Source: Candidatus Omnitrophota bacterium (GTDB taxonomy: Bacteria > Omnitrophota > Gorgyraeia > Zapsychrales > Zapsychraceae). From it: a stretch of DNA of 64,000 nucleotides. Under the pieces are notes generated by a model, which worked only from the letters and a program-made list of their open reading frames with translations, had not been told where the DNA came from and made no database searches. Positions 49,117-58,042 of the stretch are shown here, piece by piece (position 1 is the first letter of the stretch; each line of letters begins with the position of its first letter). Where the stretch lies: NCBI GenBank assembly GCA_028280285.1, contig JANQMA010000026.1, positions 822-64,821 of the forward strand. Direction: 5' to 3'. The translations under genes and the position numbers were made by a program.

Positions 49117-50312
49117 AAAATTTTTTGAGGGTCAAGGGAACAAAAATTTATGACGGCCGTAAACAGGCTGTCTCACTACGGGGGGTTAATCTCGGCGGAT
49201 GGCTTATGATGGAAGCGTACTTCATGCATTCGCCTAATACGGCCGAGCAGCTTTTTAAGAAGAATTTTGTCAAACATCTTTCCCCTTCGGCTCTTAAGAG
49301 TTTTGAAAAGTCGTTTAGAGATAATTTTATCCGTGAAGCTGATATTAAAACAATCAAATCGCTTGGTTTTAATTGTATGCGTGTGCCGTTTAATTGCCGT
49401 TTAATTGAAACAAAGCCGTACAGTTACAGTAAGACAGGACTTAGTTATTTGGATAGGGTTGTCGCTTGGGCGCGCAAATACAAAATATGGGTTATTTTGG
49501 ATTTGCATGCCGCCCCTGGGGCGCAAAATAACGATTGGCATGGCGACAGCCTCGGGCCGGCGGATTTGTGGGCCAAGGAGTCTAATCGCAAACGAGTCTA
49601 TGCGCTTTGGCAGTTTATTGCCAAACGCTACAAAGAGGAAGAATGGGTTGCCGGATATGATGTCCTCAATGAATCGGTGACAACGAACACTAAGTTACTC
49701 AATAGTTTTTACAAAAAGGCAATAGAAGCGATCCGCGCAGTGGATACAAAACACATCCTTTTTATTGAAGGTAATAATTGGGCGACAGATATTAAATGTT
49801 TAGATGAATTTGATGATGATAATTATGTGTTGAGTATTCATAATTATGAGCCGCTTGATCTCACCTTTAATTTTGTCCCGTTTCTTAAGTATCCCTTAAA
49901 ATCTAAAAAACGCACGTACAATAAAGCTTTGCTTAAAAAACATCTCGATCAGTATGTGAAGATTTCGAAAAAACGTAATGTTCCCATCTATGTGGGAGAG
50001 TTTGGCGTGCATTACAGGAAAAATACATGCGGGGAGATTGATTGGCTTACAGATGTTTTGGATTTATTTAATAAAAATAATTTTCACTGGACATATTGGA
50101 CGTACAAGGCGGTCAAACACTACATGTTTCCCGACGGTATTTTTAGTTATTATGAAAATCCTCCTTGGGTGAACCGTCCGGGGCCTGTCACCGGATGGAA
50201 TACCTATTACCTGCATTGGCGTAAGTCAAAAGCCGCTATGATCCGTTCTTGGCGCTCAAAGGAGTTCAAAGAGAATAAACTTACCCTAAAAGCATTAAGA
50301 AATCATGTCTAA
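49113..50312 (+). CDS. Glycoside hydrolase family 5
   Basis: A VLNE catalytic acid/base region and a GEFG nucleophile (IYVGEFG). NCMRVPF is near the N-terminus. Confidence 0.75.
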   Translation: MKNFLRVKGTKIYDGRKQAVSLRGVNLGGWLMMEAYFMHSPNTAEQLFKKNFVKHLSPSALKSFEKSFRDNFIREADIKTIKSLGFNCMRVPFNCRLIETKPYSYSKTGLSYLDRVVAWARKYKIWVILDLHAAPGAQNNDWHGDSLGPADLWAKESNRKRVYALWQFIAKRYKEEEWVAGYDVLNESVTTNTKLLNSFYKKAIEAIRAVDTKHILFIEGNNWATDIKCLDEFDDDNYVLSIHNYEPLDLTFNFVPFLKYPLKSKKRTYNKALLKKHLDQYVKISKKRNVPIYVGEFGVHYRKNTCGEIDWLTDVLDLFNKNNFHWTYWTYKAVKHYMFPDGIFSYYENPPWVNRPGPVTGWNTYYLHWRKSKAAMIRSWRSKEFKENKLTLKALRNHV

Positions 50313-51084
50313 AAAAATAACAAGCGTAGCCAATACGCATATTAAACAGTGTGTGGCGCTTCGCAAAGCCCAGGTCCGCAAAAAACAGGGTGTCACGTTG
50401 GTTGATGGGATTAAAGAGCTCAATCATGCTGTTAAGGGTGGCGTGCGTATTGAGGAAATCTATGTGCTTAATGCAAAGGCGCGAGGGCTTGCGCCGCTCA
50501 TCAAGAAAGCTCAATCTGTTTTTGAAATAACCGAAGCTGTGTATGAAAAGATTGCCTATGGTGCGCGCGGCGATGGGGTTGTCGCTATTGTCAGACCAAA
50601 AATTTATTCACTTAATAATTTAAATTTAAACCAAGACGCGTTGTGCATTGTTTTAGAAAATGTGGAGAAGCCCGGTAATCTTGGGGCGATTTTAAGAACA
50701 GTTGACGCAGCCGGTGCCCACTGTGTGTTTGTTTGCGATCAGCAGACAGATATTTTTAATCCGAATGTTGTTCGTGCCAGTTTAGGAACGGTATTTACAA
50801 CTAAGGTGATTAGTATATCATCGGATGAATTGATTGATTATTTGAAAGCGCATAAAGTTAGTGTTTGTGCGACGACTCCTGATGCTGCGCAAGTGTACCA
50901 TGAAGCTGACTTAAGTGGGGCCAAGGCCATTGTTATGGGAGAAGAGCATAAAGGTTTAACAGATAAATGGCTTAAAGCAGCGGATGTGAAGGTTTCTATT
51001 CCGATGGGAGGCACTGTTGATTCTTTGAATGTTTCTGTCTCAACGGCGGTTATTTTGTATGAAGCTGTTAGGCAGCGTGGATAA
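50305..51084 (+). CDS. TrmH/SpoU-family RNA 2'-O-methyltransferase
   Basis: A SPOUT domain with LENVEKPGNLGAILRTVDAAG and IVMGEEHKGL. Confidence 0.75.
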   Translation: MSKKITSVANTHIKQCVALRKAQVRKKQGVTLVDGIKELNHAVKGGVRIEEIYVLNAKARGLAPLIKKAQSVFEITEAVYEKIAYGARGDGVVAIVRPKIYSLNNLNLNQDALCIVLENVEKPGNLGAILRTVDAAGAHCVFVCDQQTDIFNPNVVRASLGTVFTTKVISISSDELIDYLKAHKVSVCATTPDAAQVYHEADLSGAKAIVMGEEHKGLTDKWLKAADVKVSIPMGGTVDSLNVSVSTAVILYEAVRQRG

Positions 51085-51099
51085 TGAAAAACAATTTTT

Positions 51100-51158
51100 A
51101 AACAATAAACTTTAAACATTAAACAGGCTTGTTTAATGTTTAGTGTTTAAAGTTTAAT
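51100..51158. repeat. Intergenic palindromic element, AAACTTTAAACA family, copy 2
   Basis: aaacaataaactttaaacattaaaca is paired with tgtttaatgtttagtgtttaaagttt. Confidence 0.75.
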
Positions 51159-51166
51159 CAAATAGT

Positions 51167-51889
51167 ATGACCAAAATAAGACTACAAGTTTTCCTCTCCC
51201 GCAATGGCGTTTGTTCCCGCCGGGAGGCCATGGGACTTATTAAGGAAGGCCATGTTTCGGTCAATGGTCAAAAACAGGCGGAGCCGTCTTTTGCGGTTGA
51301 TCCGGATAAAGATAAAATTTGTTTTAAGGGAAAAGTAATTGAAACAAAACAATTAGAGTATGCACTTTTTCATAAACCACAAGGATATGTGACAACCAAG
51401 GCCGATCACGGTAGTCAGAAAAATATTTACAAAATTCTGCCGAACAAGTATAAACATTTGCTGCCTGTCGGGCGTTTGGATAAAAATACAGAAGGTTTGC
51501 TGTTATTGACCAATGATGGTGATTTGGCCTTTGCTTTAACGCATCCTAAGTTTCATGTCGATAAGACATATTTTGTTATTGCCAAAGGCGATGTAGAGCT
51601 AAAAACCATCAGCCGTTTGGAAACGGGTGTTGTGATTGAAGGCGGCAAAACGGCACCGGCGAAAATAAAAGAAGTTAGAAGTAAGGGGCGTGATACGCAT
51701 TTGAAAATAACCATTCATGAAGGCAAGAAGCGTCAAATACGACTTATGTTTGAGGCCGTGGGGCATAAGGTGAAATATTTAAAACGGTTAACCCAGGGGC
51801 CTATTGGATTGGGTTCATTGCCGGTTGGTAAGACGCGTGAACTTGATCGAAAAGAGATCAAGGCATTAAAGGCCATAAGCCATAGGTAA
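51167..51889 (+). CDS. RsuA/RluB-family pseudouridine synthase with an S4 domain
   Basis: An S4 domain, then HKPQGYVTT...PVGRLDKNTEGLLLLTNDGDLA. Confidence 0.8.
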   Translation: MTKIRLQVFLSRNGVCSRREAMGLIKEGHVSVNGQKQAEPSFAVDPDKDKICFKGKVIETKQLEYALFHKPQGYVTTKADHGSQKNIYKILPNKYKHLLPVGRLDKNTEGLLLLTNDGDLAFALTHPKFHVDKTYFVIAKGDVELKTISRLETGVVIEGGKTAPAKIKEVRSKGRDTHLKITIHEGKKRQIRLMFEAVGHKVKYLKRLTQGPIGLGSLPVGKTRELDRKEIKALKAISHR

Positions 51890-51947
51890 TAGGTTTTAGG
51901 TGTTAGGTGCTAGGAGACTAAAACCTAAAACCCATAACCTAACACCC
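51887..51947. repeat. Intergenic palindromic element, GGTGTTAGGT family, copy 3
   Basis: ggttttaggtgttaggtgctagg is paired with ctaaaacctaaaacccataacctaacacc. Confidence 0.75.
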
Positions 51948-51967
51948 CGATCTACAAATTACAGCAT

Positions 51968-53911
51968 ATGATTAGTTTAAATAATATTTCGATGGGATTC
52001 ACCGGGCGTACGCTTTTTCAAGATGTGACGCTTAGCATTTTTCCGAAAGAGCGGATTGGCCTAACCGGTCCCAATGGAGCGGGGAAGACGACATTATTTT
52101 CGATTATTCTCGGGGAGATGGAATCAACGACCGGTAATGTGCAGATTCAAAAGAATATTAACATCGGTTATCTGCCGCAGGAGGCCAAATTTAGCTCCGA
52201 GCAGACGGTGATGGAAGAAATTACTTCGGGTGATGCGCGTATCAAAAATCTCTTAACCGAAAAACATAAACTCGAAGATCAAGGGGAGGCGGCAAGTGAT
52301 CGTTATGGTGATATTTTATCCAAGCTTGAGCAACTCGGGATTTATGAGCTCGAACATAAGGCAGAGAAAATTCTGGCCGGATTAGGGTTTAAAGAGAGTG
52401 AATTTCACAAACCTGTTGTCGAACTTAGCGGCGGCTGGCAGATGCGCACGCTTCTCGCCAAACTCTTAACGTATTCTTATGATCTGCTTCTTCTCGATGA
52501 GCCGACCAACTATCTTGACTTGCATGCCACACTTTGGCTTAAGGATTATTTAAAAAGTTATCAAGGCGCCTATGTCTTGATATCCCATGACCGCGTCTTT
52601 CTTAATGATGTCACCAATTACACAATCATTTTAGAGCAGAACAAGATGACCAAGGTCAAAGGAAATTACGAGCAGTATGAAGAGCAAAAGGCAACGGAAC
52701 AAAAGTCGCTTGAGAAAAGGAAAAAGGTGGTTGATAAAAAACGTCAACAGCTTGAGCGGTTTACCCAGCGATTTCATGCCCAGCCGAACCGTGCTTCAGC
52801 TGTTAAGAATAAACAGAAGATGATCGAAAAGCTTGAGAATATCGAACTTGATCGGGAAGTGGTGAGTGTCGGTGATTTTTCTTTTGAAGATGTGCCAACG
52901 AGCGGTTATGTGGTGGCGACCGGGCAGAACTTACATAAGGCTTATGGTGAAAAGGTGGTGTATCAAGGTTTGGATCTTGAAATCACACGCGGGCAGAAGA
53001 TTTGTTTGGTTGGACCGAATGGCGCCGGGAAATCGACACTGCTTAAGATGCTTGCCGGGATTATCAATCCCGATCAAGGCAGTGTGAAATTAGGCCATGA
53101 TGTTAAACGTGGTTATTTTTCACAAACGCGACTGGATGTGCTTCAACCGAATCGCAATGTACTCGAAGAATTAACTTCGGCCACAACCAAGAGTATTCCG
53201 GCGACAAAACTCCGTACACTGCTTGGGCTTTTCAGTTTTCATGGGGATGATGTATTTAAGCTGGTTAAAGTCTTATCAGGCGGTGAGAAGTCGCGGTTGA
53301 TTTTAGCTAAGCTTCTCATTAATCCGCCTAACTTTATGCTTTTGGATGAGCCGACAACACATCTGGACCTTGATGGGGTTAAGGCGCTGACCGGCGCGTT
53401 CCAAAAGTTTGAAGAGACCATGTGTTTTATCAGTCATGATCTTTATTTTATTAAGGAAGTGGCTGACCATATTATTGAAGTTAATGAGGGTAAGATCAAA
53501 ATCTATCACGGCGGTTTAGATTATTACTTGTATAAAAAAGAAGGTAAGGATTTTAAGGATTTGAAAAAGAGTAAGTCGTCGGCGTCAGCCTCAGCGGTTG
53601 TTGCGGCAGATAAGAAAAACAAAAAAAAGGCCAAGGCTAATCCAAAAGTCGATAATCTGTATCAAAAGCATAAAGAGGCCAAGAAAAGACTATCACAGAT
53701 TAAAAAAGAAATTTCTAGTTTAGAAAAGGAAGCAAAGGAGCTTGATACCGAAAGTTATGTGAAGGCCAGGCAGATGAGCGATACGTACGGGAAAGATCCG
53801 AAGATAATCAAAGAGCTTGGTGTACGGCTTAAGGAAATCCAAACGCGTCTGCGGGAGATTGAAAGCCGGATTAAAGAATTGGAACAGGAAAAACGTGGGA
53901 TCAGCAGATAG
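51968..53911 (+). CDS. ABC-F family ATPase (two tandem ABC domains plus a C-terminal K-rich coiled coil)
   Basis: Two Walker A motifs (GPNGAGKTT, GPNGAGKST) and two LSGG signatures. There is no TM domain. Confidence 0.85.
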   Translation: MISLNNISMGFTGRTLFQDVTLSIFPKERIGLTGPNGAGKTTLFSIILGEMESTTGNVQIQKNINIGYLPQEAKFSSEQTVMEEITSGDARIKNLLTEKHKLEDQGEAASDRYGDILSKLEQLGIYELEHKAEKILAGLGFKESEFHKPVVELSGGWQMRTLLAKLLTYSYDLLLLDEPTNYLDLHATLWLKDYLKSYQGAYVLISHDRVFLNDVTNYTIILEQNKMTKVKGNYEQYEEQKATEQKSLEKRKKVVDKKRQQLERFTQRFHAQPNRASAVKNKQKMIEKLENIELDREVVSVGDFSFEDVPTSGYVVATGQNLHKAYGEKVVYQGLDLEITRGQKICLVGPNGAGKSTLLKMLAGIINPDQGSVKLGHDVKRGYFSQTRLDVLQPNRNVLEELTSATTKSIPATKLRTLLGLFSFHGDDVFKLVKVLSGGEKSRLILAKLLINPPNFMLLDEPTTHLDLDGVKALTGAFQKFEETMCFISHDLYFIKEVADHIIEVNEGKIKIYHGGLDYYLYKKEGKDFKDLKKSKSSASASAVVAADKKNKKKAKANPKVDNLYQKHKEAKKRLSQIKKEISSLEKEAKELDTESYVKARQMSDTYGKDPKIIKELGVRLKEIQTRLREIESRIKELEQEKRGISR

Positions 53912-53999
53912 TATTCTTCGCTCAGACAAACGCTGCGCTACCTTTTTCTATGGAAAAAGGTATGCACCGTAACTCGCTCGGGAATACTATCTGCTAATC

Positions 54000-54305
54000 A
54001 TGTCGTTAAAATTTTTCTACGAGCGACTAGCAACGATCAACCAGCAACTAAATATGAAACTAAAACTCGACCTCCATGACATCTATTCCAACGGCCGCAA
54101 GCTTGAGCAGGCGCTCATCGATGTTATGCAGGATGCGCAGGATAAAAGAGCGAAGGTGGTTGAAATTATTCCCGGCAAAGGATCCGGGCAGCTCAAAAAA
54201 TATGTGCTGAGATTCCTTGAGAAGAATTACAAAAACGTTTATCATAGGATAGAAAAAGATGATAAAAACTGGGGGCGTATCTTTGTTCACTTTCGCTGGA
54301 AATAA
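54000..54305 (+). CDS. Smr-domain protein
   Basis: LDLHD...EIIPGKGSGQLKKYV matches the Smr core (DLHG...IIHGKG). Confidence 0.65.
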   Translation: MSLKFFYERLATINQQLNMKLKLDLHDIYSNGRKLEQALIDVMQDAQDKRAKVVEIIPGKGSGQLKKYVLRFLEKNYKNVYHRIEKDDKNWGRIFVHFRWK

Positions 54306-54330
54306 AAATAGTACCTGGCACTATTTATTG

Positions 54331-54693
54331 ATGATCGCGGTTATTTTTGTCTCGGGCTGCTCGGTCACACAAAACCTCGAAGAGATCAAGACCTTACAAT
54401 CTGTGGCCAAAAGCCAAGAGCAAATAGAACAGGATATTGCCGCGGATGATAAGGTCTTTGCCACGATGATGGCCGAATATCAGTACAATCAACTGGCTGA
54501 ATACAAAACCCGGGATGATATTGTCAAAGCCTTTGGTGAGCCGGAAGGCCGCTGGGATATTAAGGAAGACAATCTTACCACCAAATGGCTTTACCGCGAG
54601 GCCGCCGACTTTTTCAAATCCGCCAAGCTCTATCTTTACTTCGATCATAACGAAAATCTCATCAAAATCGAATTCGTCCCTGTGCCACAATAA
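54331..54693 (+). CDS. Lipoprotein of unknown function
   Basis: Lipobox VSGC. The start is ambiguous: ATG 54331, TTG 54328, or the track's 54259 which overlaps smr. Confidence 0.45.
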   Translation: MIAVIFVSGCSVTQNLEEIKTLQSVAKSQEQIEQDIAADDKVFATMMAEYQYNQLAEYKTRDDIVKAFGEPEGRWDIKEDNLTTKWLYREAADFFKSAKLYLYFDHNENLIKIEFVPVPQ

Positions 54694-54705
54694 TTTCTTT
54701 CACTA

Positions 54706-55347
54706 ATGAGTAAATCGTATCAAAAAATCTACGACATCTTGTACGATCACTACGGTCCGCAGCATTGGTGGCCCGGGGATACACAGATCGAAATCATCGT
54801 TGGGGCGATTCTAACGCAAAATACGAATTGGAAGAATGTCGAGAAGGCCATCATTAATTTGAAGGATAACGGCGTTCTCACGGTGCCGGCGCTTAAGAGC
54901 ATTGCTGTCGACTCTTTGGCCGAATTTATCCGGCCGGCCGGGTATTTTAATGTGAAGGCCAAGCGTCTTAAGAATTTTATTCACTTTGTCTACGCGGAAT
55001 ATGATGGTGACCTAAAGATGATGGGCAAAGAGACGTTTGACGTTTTACGCCCTAAACTCCTCGCCGTCAACGGCATTGGGCAGGAGACGGCTGATTCGAT
55101 TTTACTCTATGCCTTTGACAAACCAATCTTTGTCGTCGATACCTACACCAAACGCATTTTGACCCGGCATCATTTGGTTCCGGAGGATATTGACTATCAT
55201 GGCCTTCAGGAGGAGTTTATGGCGGCTTTAGAGCCTGATGCGAAGCTGTTTAATGAGTATCATGCGCTTATTGTGCGCGTGGCTAAAGATTTCTACCAAA
55301 GAAAATCCAATGGGGCGGACTCTCCGCTGAATGTATTATTTGATTAA
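54706..55347 (+). CDS. HhH-GPD superfamily DNA glycosylase (endonuclease III-like)
   Basis: LTQNTNW and a helix-hairpin-helix LAVNGIGQETADSILLYAF followed by VDTY. Confidence 0.7.
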   Translation: MSKSYQKIYDILYDHYGPQHWWPGDTQIEIIVGAILTQNTNWKNVEKAIINLKDNGVLTVPALKSIAVDSLAEFIRPAGYFNVKAKRLKNFIHFVYAEYDGDLKMMGKETFDVLRPKLLAVNGIGQETADSILLYAFDKPIFVVDTYTKRILTRHHLVPEDIDYHGLQEEFMAALEPDAKLFNEYHALIVRVAKDFYQRKSNGADSPLNVLFD

Positions 55348-55387
55348 TCTCGTATTTTTGTGTAATATGGTCACGTAATTAGGGAGT

Positions 55388-55640
55388 CTTATTGGTTCGA
55401 GTTGGCCGCTTGCATTGGATTGTTGAGTGACTGAAATCGTCTTCTAAAAGGTAAACGATTTCCGGAACGAAACAACCAATGCAGAAGCCCAACGAGAACA
55501 ATAATTAAGGCTCTCGGGGTTCTGTATTGTATTGCTCCACTTTTGGGATTTCGTTCACTTGGCAAATCGAGCAAAGCGAGATTAATAAACGAAATCAATC
55601 GTTACGCAATACAATACAACCGGCCTCGAGCCGGAAGTTT
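55388..55640 (+). ncRNA. Candidate structured RNA or regulatory region upstream of rmuC. It consists of nested long imperfect hairpins and contains the second copy of the GCCGCTTGCATTGGA motif.
   Basis: gttggccgcttgcattgg (55401-55418) is paired with ccaatgcagaagcccaac (55477-55494). ctcggggttctgtattgtattgc (55512-55534) is paired with gcaatacaatacaaccggcctcgag (55606-55630), and gatttcg pairs with cgaaatc inside. There is no ORF in the span. Confidence 0.35.
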
Positions 55641-55649
55641 ATTCACAAC

Positions 55650-56912
55650 ATGACAACAATACTTCTAATAATTTCCATTCTTAATTTAGCTCTTATTGCT
55701 GTTCTTATCTTTAAACGCTCGGCCCAAAACGGGGGCGAGTTGCGCTCATCCCTTGATGCGCTGGATAAAAATCAACAACGGCTTGAAGGTATTATTAGAG
55801 AAGAACAGCAGAAGAATCTTAATACATTCTCTGAATCGCTTTTCTCACGCTTGAATGATGTCAACAATGCCAGTAAGAACCAACTGGATTCTTTCTCCAA
55901 ACAGCTGGCCCAGCTGACCCAACTTAATCAGGAAAAATTGGAACAACTCCGTTCGGCTATCGATAATCAACTCAAAGGGTTAAGGGATGATAATAGCCAA
56001 AAGCTTGAGAAAATGCGCGAAACGGTCGATGAAAAACTTCAGTCAACGCTTGAGAAACGTTTAGGCGAGTCTTTTCAAATCGTCAGCGAACGGCTTGAGA
56101 AAGTCCATCAAGGTTTAGGCGAAATGCAAAATCTAGCCTCCGGCGTTGGGGATCTGAAGAAAGTACTAACCAATGTTAAAACACGCGGCACATGGGGTGA
56201 GATTCAACTTGGTAATTTATTGGAAGAACTCCTCACACAGGATCAGTACGAGCATAATGTAATCACCAAAAAAGGTGGTCGTGATTCGGTCGAGTTTGCG
56301 GTTAAGCTGCCGGGGCGTGATGAAAAATATGTGTACTTGCCGATCGATGCGAAATTTCCTAAAGAAGATTATGAACGCCTGCAGTCAGCGCAAGACGCCG
56401 GTGATGTGGCCCAAATAGAAGAGGCAGGCAAGGCCATTGAAACACGCATAAAGCTTGAAGCCAAAAAGATCCGCGACAAATACATCGATCCGCCGCACAC
56501 AACCGACTTTGGGATTTTGTATTTGCCGATTGAAGGATTGTTTGCCGAAGTGGTGCGTCGTGACGGACTTGCTGATCTTCTGCAAAGGGAATACCGTATT
56601 AATATTGCCGGCCCGACGACCATTGCGGCGATGCTTAATAGTCTGCAGCTTGGCTTCAGGACATTGGCGGTGGAAAAACGGGCGAGTGAAGTTTGGACGC
56701 TGTTGGGTAAAGTTAAAACAGAGTTTGGTAAATTTGGCGGACTGCTTGAAAACACGCATAAAAAGCTAGAAACAGCCAGCCGTGAGATTGAAAAAGCGGC
56801 GAGCAAATCACGGACCATTGAACGCAAACTACGTGATGTCCAGGAACTTCCGGCCTCCAAACCGGCTGAGCTGATTGAGTCGAGTATGGGAGATTTTGAT
56901 GAGGAGGATTGA
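55650..56912 (+). CDS. rmuC: DNA recombination protein RmuC
   Basis: An N-terminal TM helix and coiled coil, then an RmuC core (GTWGEIQLGNLLE...YLPIDAKFP...ILYLPIEGLFAE). Confidence 0.8.
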   Translation: MTTILLIISILNLALIAVLIFKRSAQNGGELRSSLDALDKNQQRLEGIIREEQQKNLNTFSESLFSRLNDVNNASKNQLDSFSKQLAQLTQLNQEKLEQLRSAIDNQLKGLRDDNSQKLEKMRETVDEKLQSTLEKRLGESFQIVSERLEKVHQGLGEMQNLASGVGDLKKVLTNVKTRGTWGEIQLGNLLEELLTQDQYEHNVITKKGGRDSVEFAVKLPGRDEKYVYLPIDAKFPKEDYERLQSAQDAGDVAQIEEAGKAIETRIKLEAKKIRDKYIDPPHTTDFGILYLPIEGLFAEVVRRDGLADLLQREYRINIAGPTTIAAMLNSLQLGFRTLAVEKRASEVWTLLGKVKTEFGKFGGLLENTHKKLETASREIEKAASKSRTIERKLRDVQELPASKPAELIESSMGDFDEED

Positions 56913-57582
56913 TTGTTTCGGCGATGATGTGCTTGCGGCCATTACAGATGTGTCGACGGATTTTAAACTTACACCCGAGGACAATGATTTAAACGACACG
57001 CAGCGCACCTTTCTTAAAAATAATTTAAATCTAGATGATGTGGTTAATATCCGTCAGGTGCATGGCAACAGAGTTGTCTACGCACAAAGTAGTGATCAAC
57101 CGATCGAAGAGGCGGATGCCCTTATCACCGACAAAACAAATATTCCTATTACAATCCGCACCGCTGATTGTGTGCCGGTATTTATGTATGATCCGGCCCA
57201 TCATGTTATCGGTATTGTTCATGCCGGCTGGCAGAGCACGCATAAAAAAATTGTACAAACGACACTTGATATGTTAAAAGAGAAATTCGAAACTGATCCA
57301 AAAGATGTTAAGGTTTACATTGGTCCCTGCATTCGTAAAACAAGTTTTGAAGTAGGGCCTGAGTTTAAAGAGTATTTTCCGGATGAATATGAAGCTATTG
57401 ACGGTCAGGGGTTTGTTGATGTTGCCGAGGCGAATAAAAATCAGCTGCGTAGCCTAGGTGTTGTGGATAAAAATATTGAAGATTGTGGGGAAGATACGTA
57501 TACTGATAGCAATTGGTTTTCATTCCGCCGAGATGGTGAAGCCGCCGGGCGGATGCTGCATGTGATGATGCTTAAGGGTTGA
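56899..57582 (+). CDS. pgeF: YfiH/PgeF-family (DUF152) purine-nucleoside/peptidoglycan-editing enzyme
   Basis: QVHG, TADCVPV and HAGWQ motifs. GGGAG lies 6 nt upstream of ATG 56899. Confidence 0.75.
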   Translation: MRRIDCFGDDVLAAITDVSTDFKLTPEDNDLNDTQRTFLKNNLNLDDVVNIRQVHGNRVVYAQSSDQPIEEADALITDKTNIPITIRTADCVPVFMYDPAHHVIGIVHAGWQSTHKKIVQTTLDMLKEKFETDPKDVKVYIGPCIRKTSFEVGPEFKEYFPDEYEAIDGQGFVDVAEANKNQLRSLGVVDKNIEDCGEDTYTDSNWFSFRRDGEAAGRMLHVMMLKG

Positions 57583-57607
57583 GGGTAATTGAGTAATATG
57601 GAAAAAT

Positions 57608-57690
57608 GTAATTAGTAGTTAGTAATTGGTAATTGGTGGCCAATGTAGAATTTAGCTGACTAATTACTAAATACCAATTACCAAATACAT
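57608..57690. repeat. Intergenic palindromic element, TAATTGGT family. This is the full hairpin; the copy at 20634-20667 matches one arm.
   Basis: gtaattagtagttagtaattggtaattggtgg is paired with ccaattaccaaat/taattactaaat. The reverse complement of the right arm, gtatttggtaattggtatttagtaattagtc, differs from 20634-20664 by only 2-3 nt. Confidence 0.75.
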
Positions 57691-57724
57691 TTGTACAGAT
57701 TAATATCTAAAACAAGGAGCAGGT

Positions 57725-58042
57725 ATGTACATTGTGGTTTATGTAACAGCTAAAAGCACTCGAGAAGCCAATAAAATCGCAGAAGCGTGCGTTAAAGAAA
57801 AATTAGTCGCTTGTGCGAATGTTTTGACCGGAATGAATTCGATTTTTTGGTGGGATGGCAAGATTAACCGCGAAAAAGAAGTTTTAGTTGTTATGAAATC
57901 ACAGAAAAAGCTTTTCAAACGGATTATGGCAACCGTTAAGAAAAACCACAGCTATATTGTCCCCGAAATTATAGCTCTTCCAATTGCCGACGGTAATTTA
58001 GAGTATTTTAACTGGATTCGGCAGTCGACCAAGGTTAGTTAG
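57725..58042 (+). CDS. cutA: Divalent-cation tolerance protein CutA
   Basis: About 105 aa. Family-typical ...CANVL....S.FWW.GKI... and YIVPEIIALPI. Confidence 0.8.
   Translation: MYIVVYVTAKSTREANKIAEACVKEKLVACANVLTGMNSIFWWDGKINREKEVLVVMKSQKKLFKRIMATVKKNHSYIVPEIIALPIADGNLEYFNWIRQSTKVS

Noticed and set aside
55401-55418. TGGCCGCTTGCA read as a sigma54 (-24/-12, GG-N10-GC) promoter
   Set aside because: The GG and GC elements are only 6 nt apart instead of 10, so the geometry does not fit RpoN promoters.
56369-56860. 163-aa and 124-aa minus-strand ORFs and a 104-aa plus-strand alternate-frame ORF within rmuC
   Set aside because: They are all contained within rmuC. They are Arg/Ser-rich shadow ORFs.
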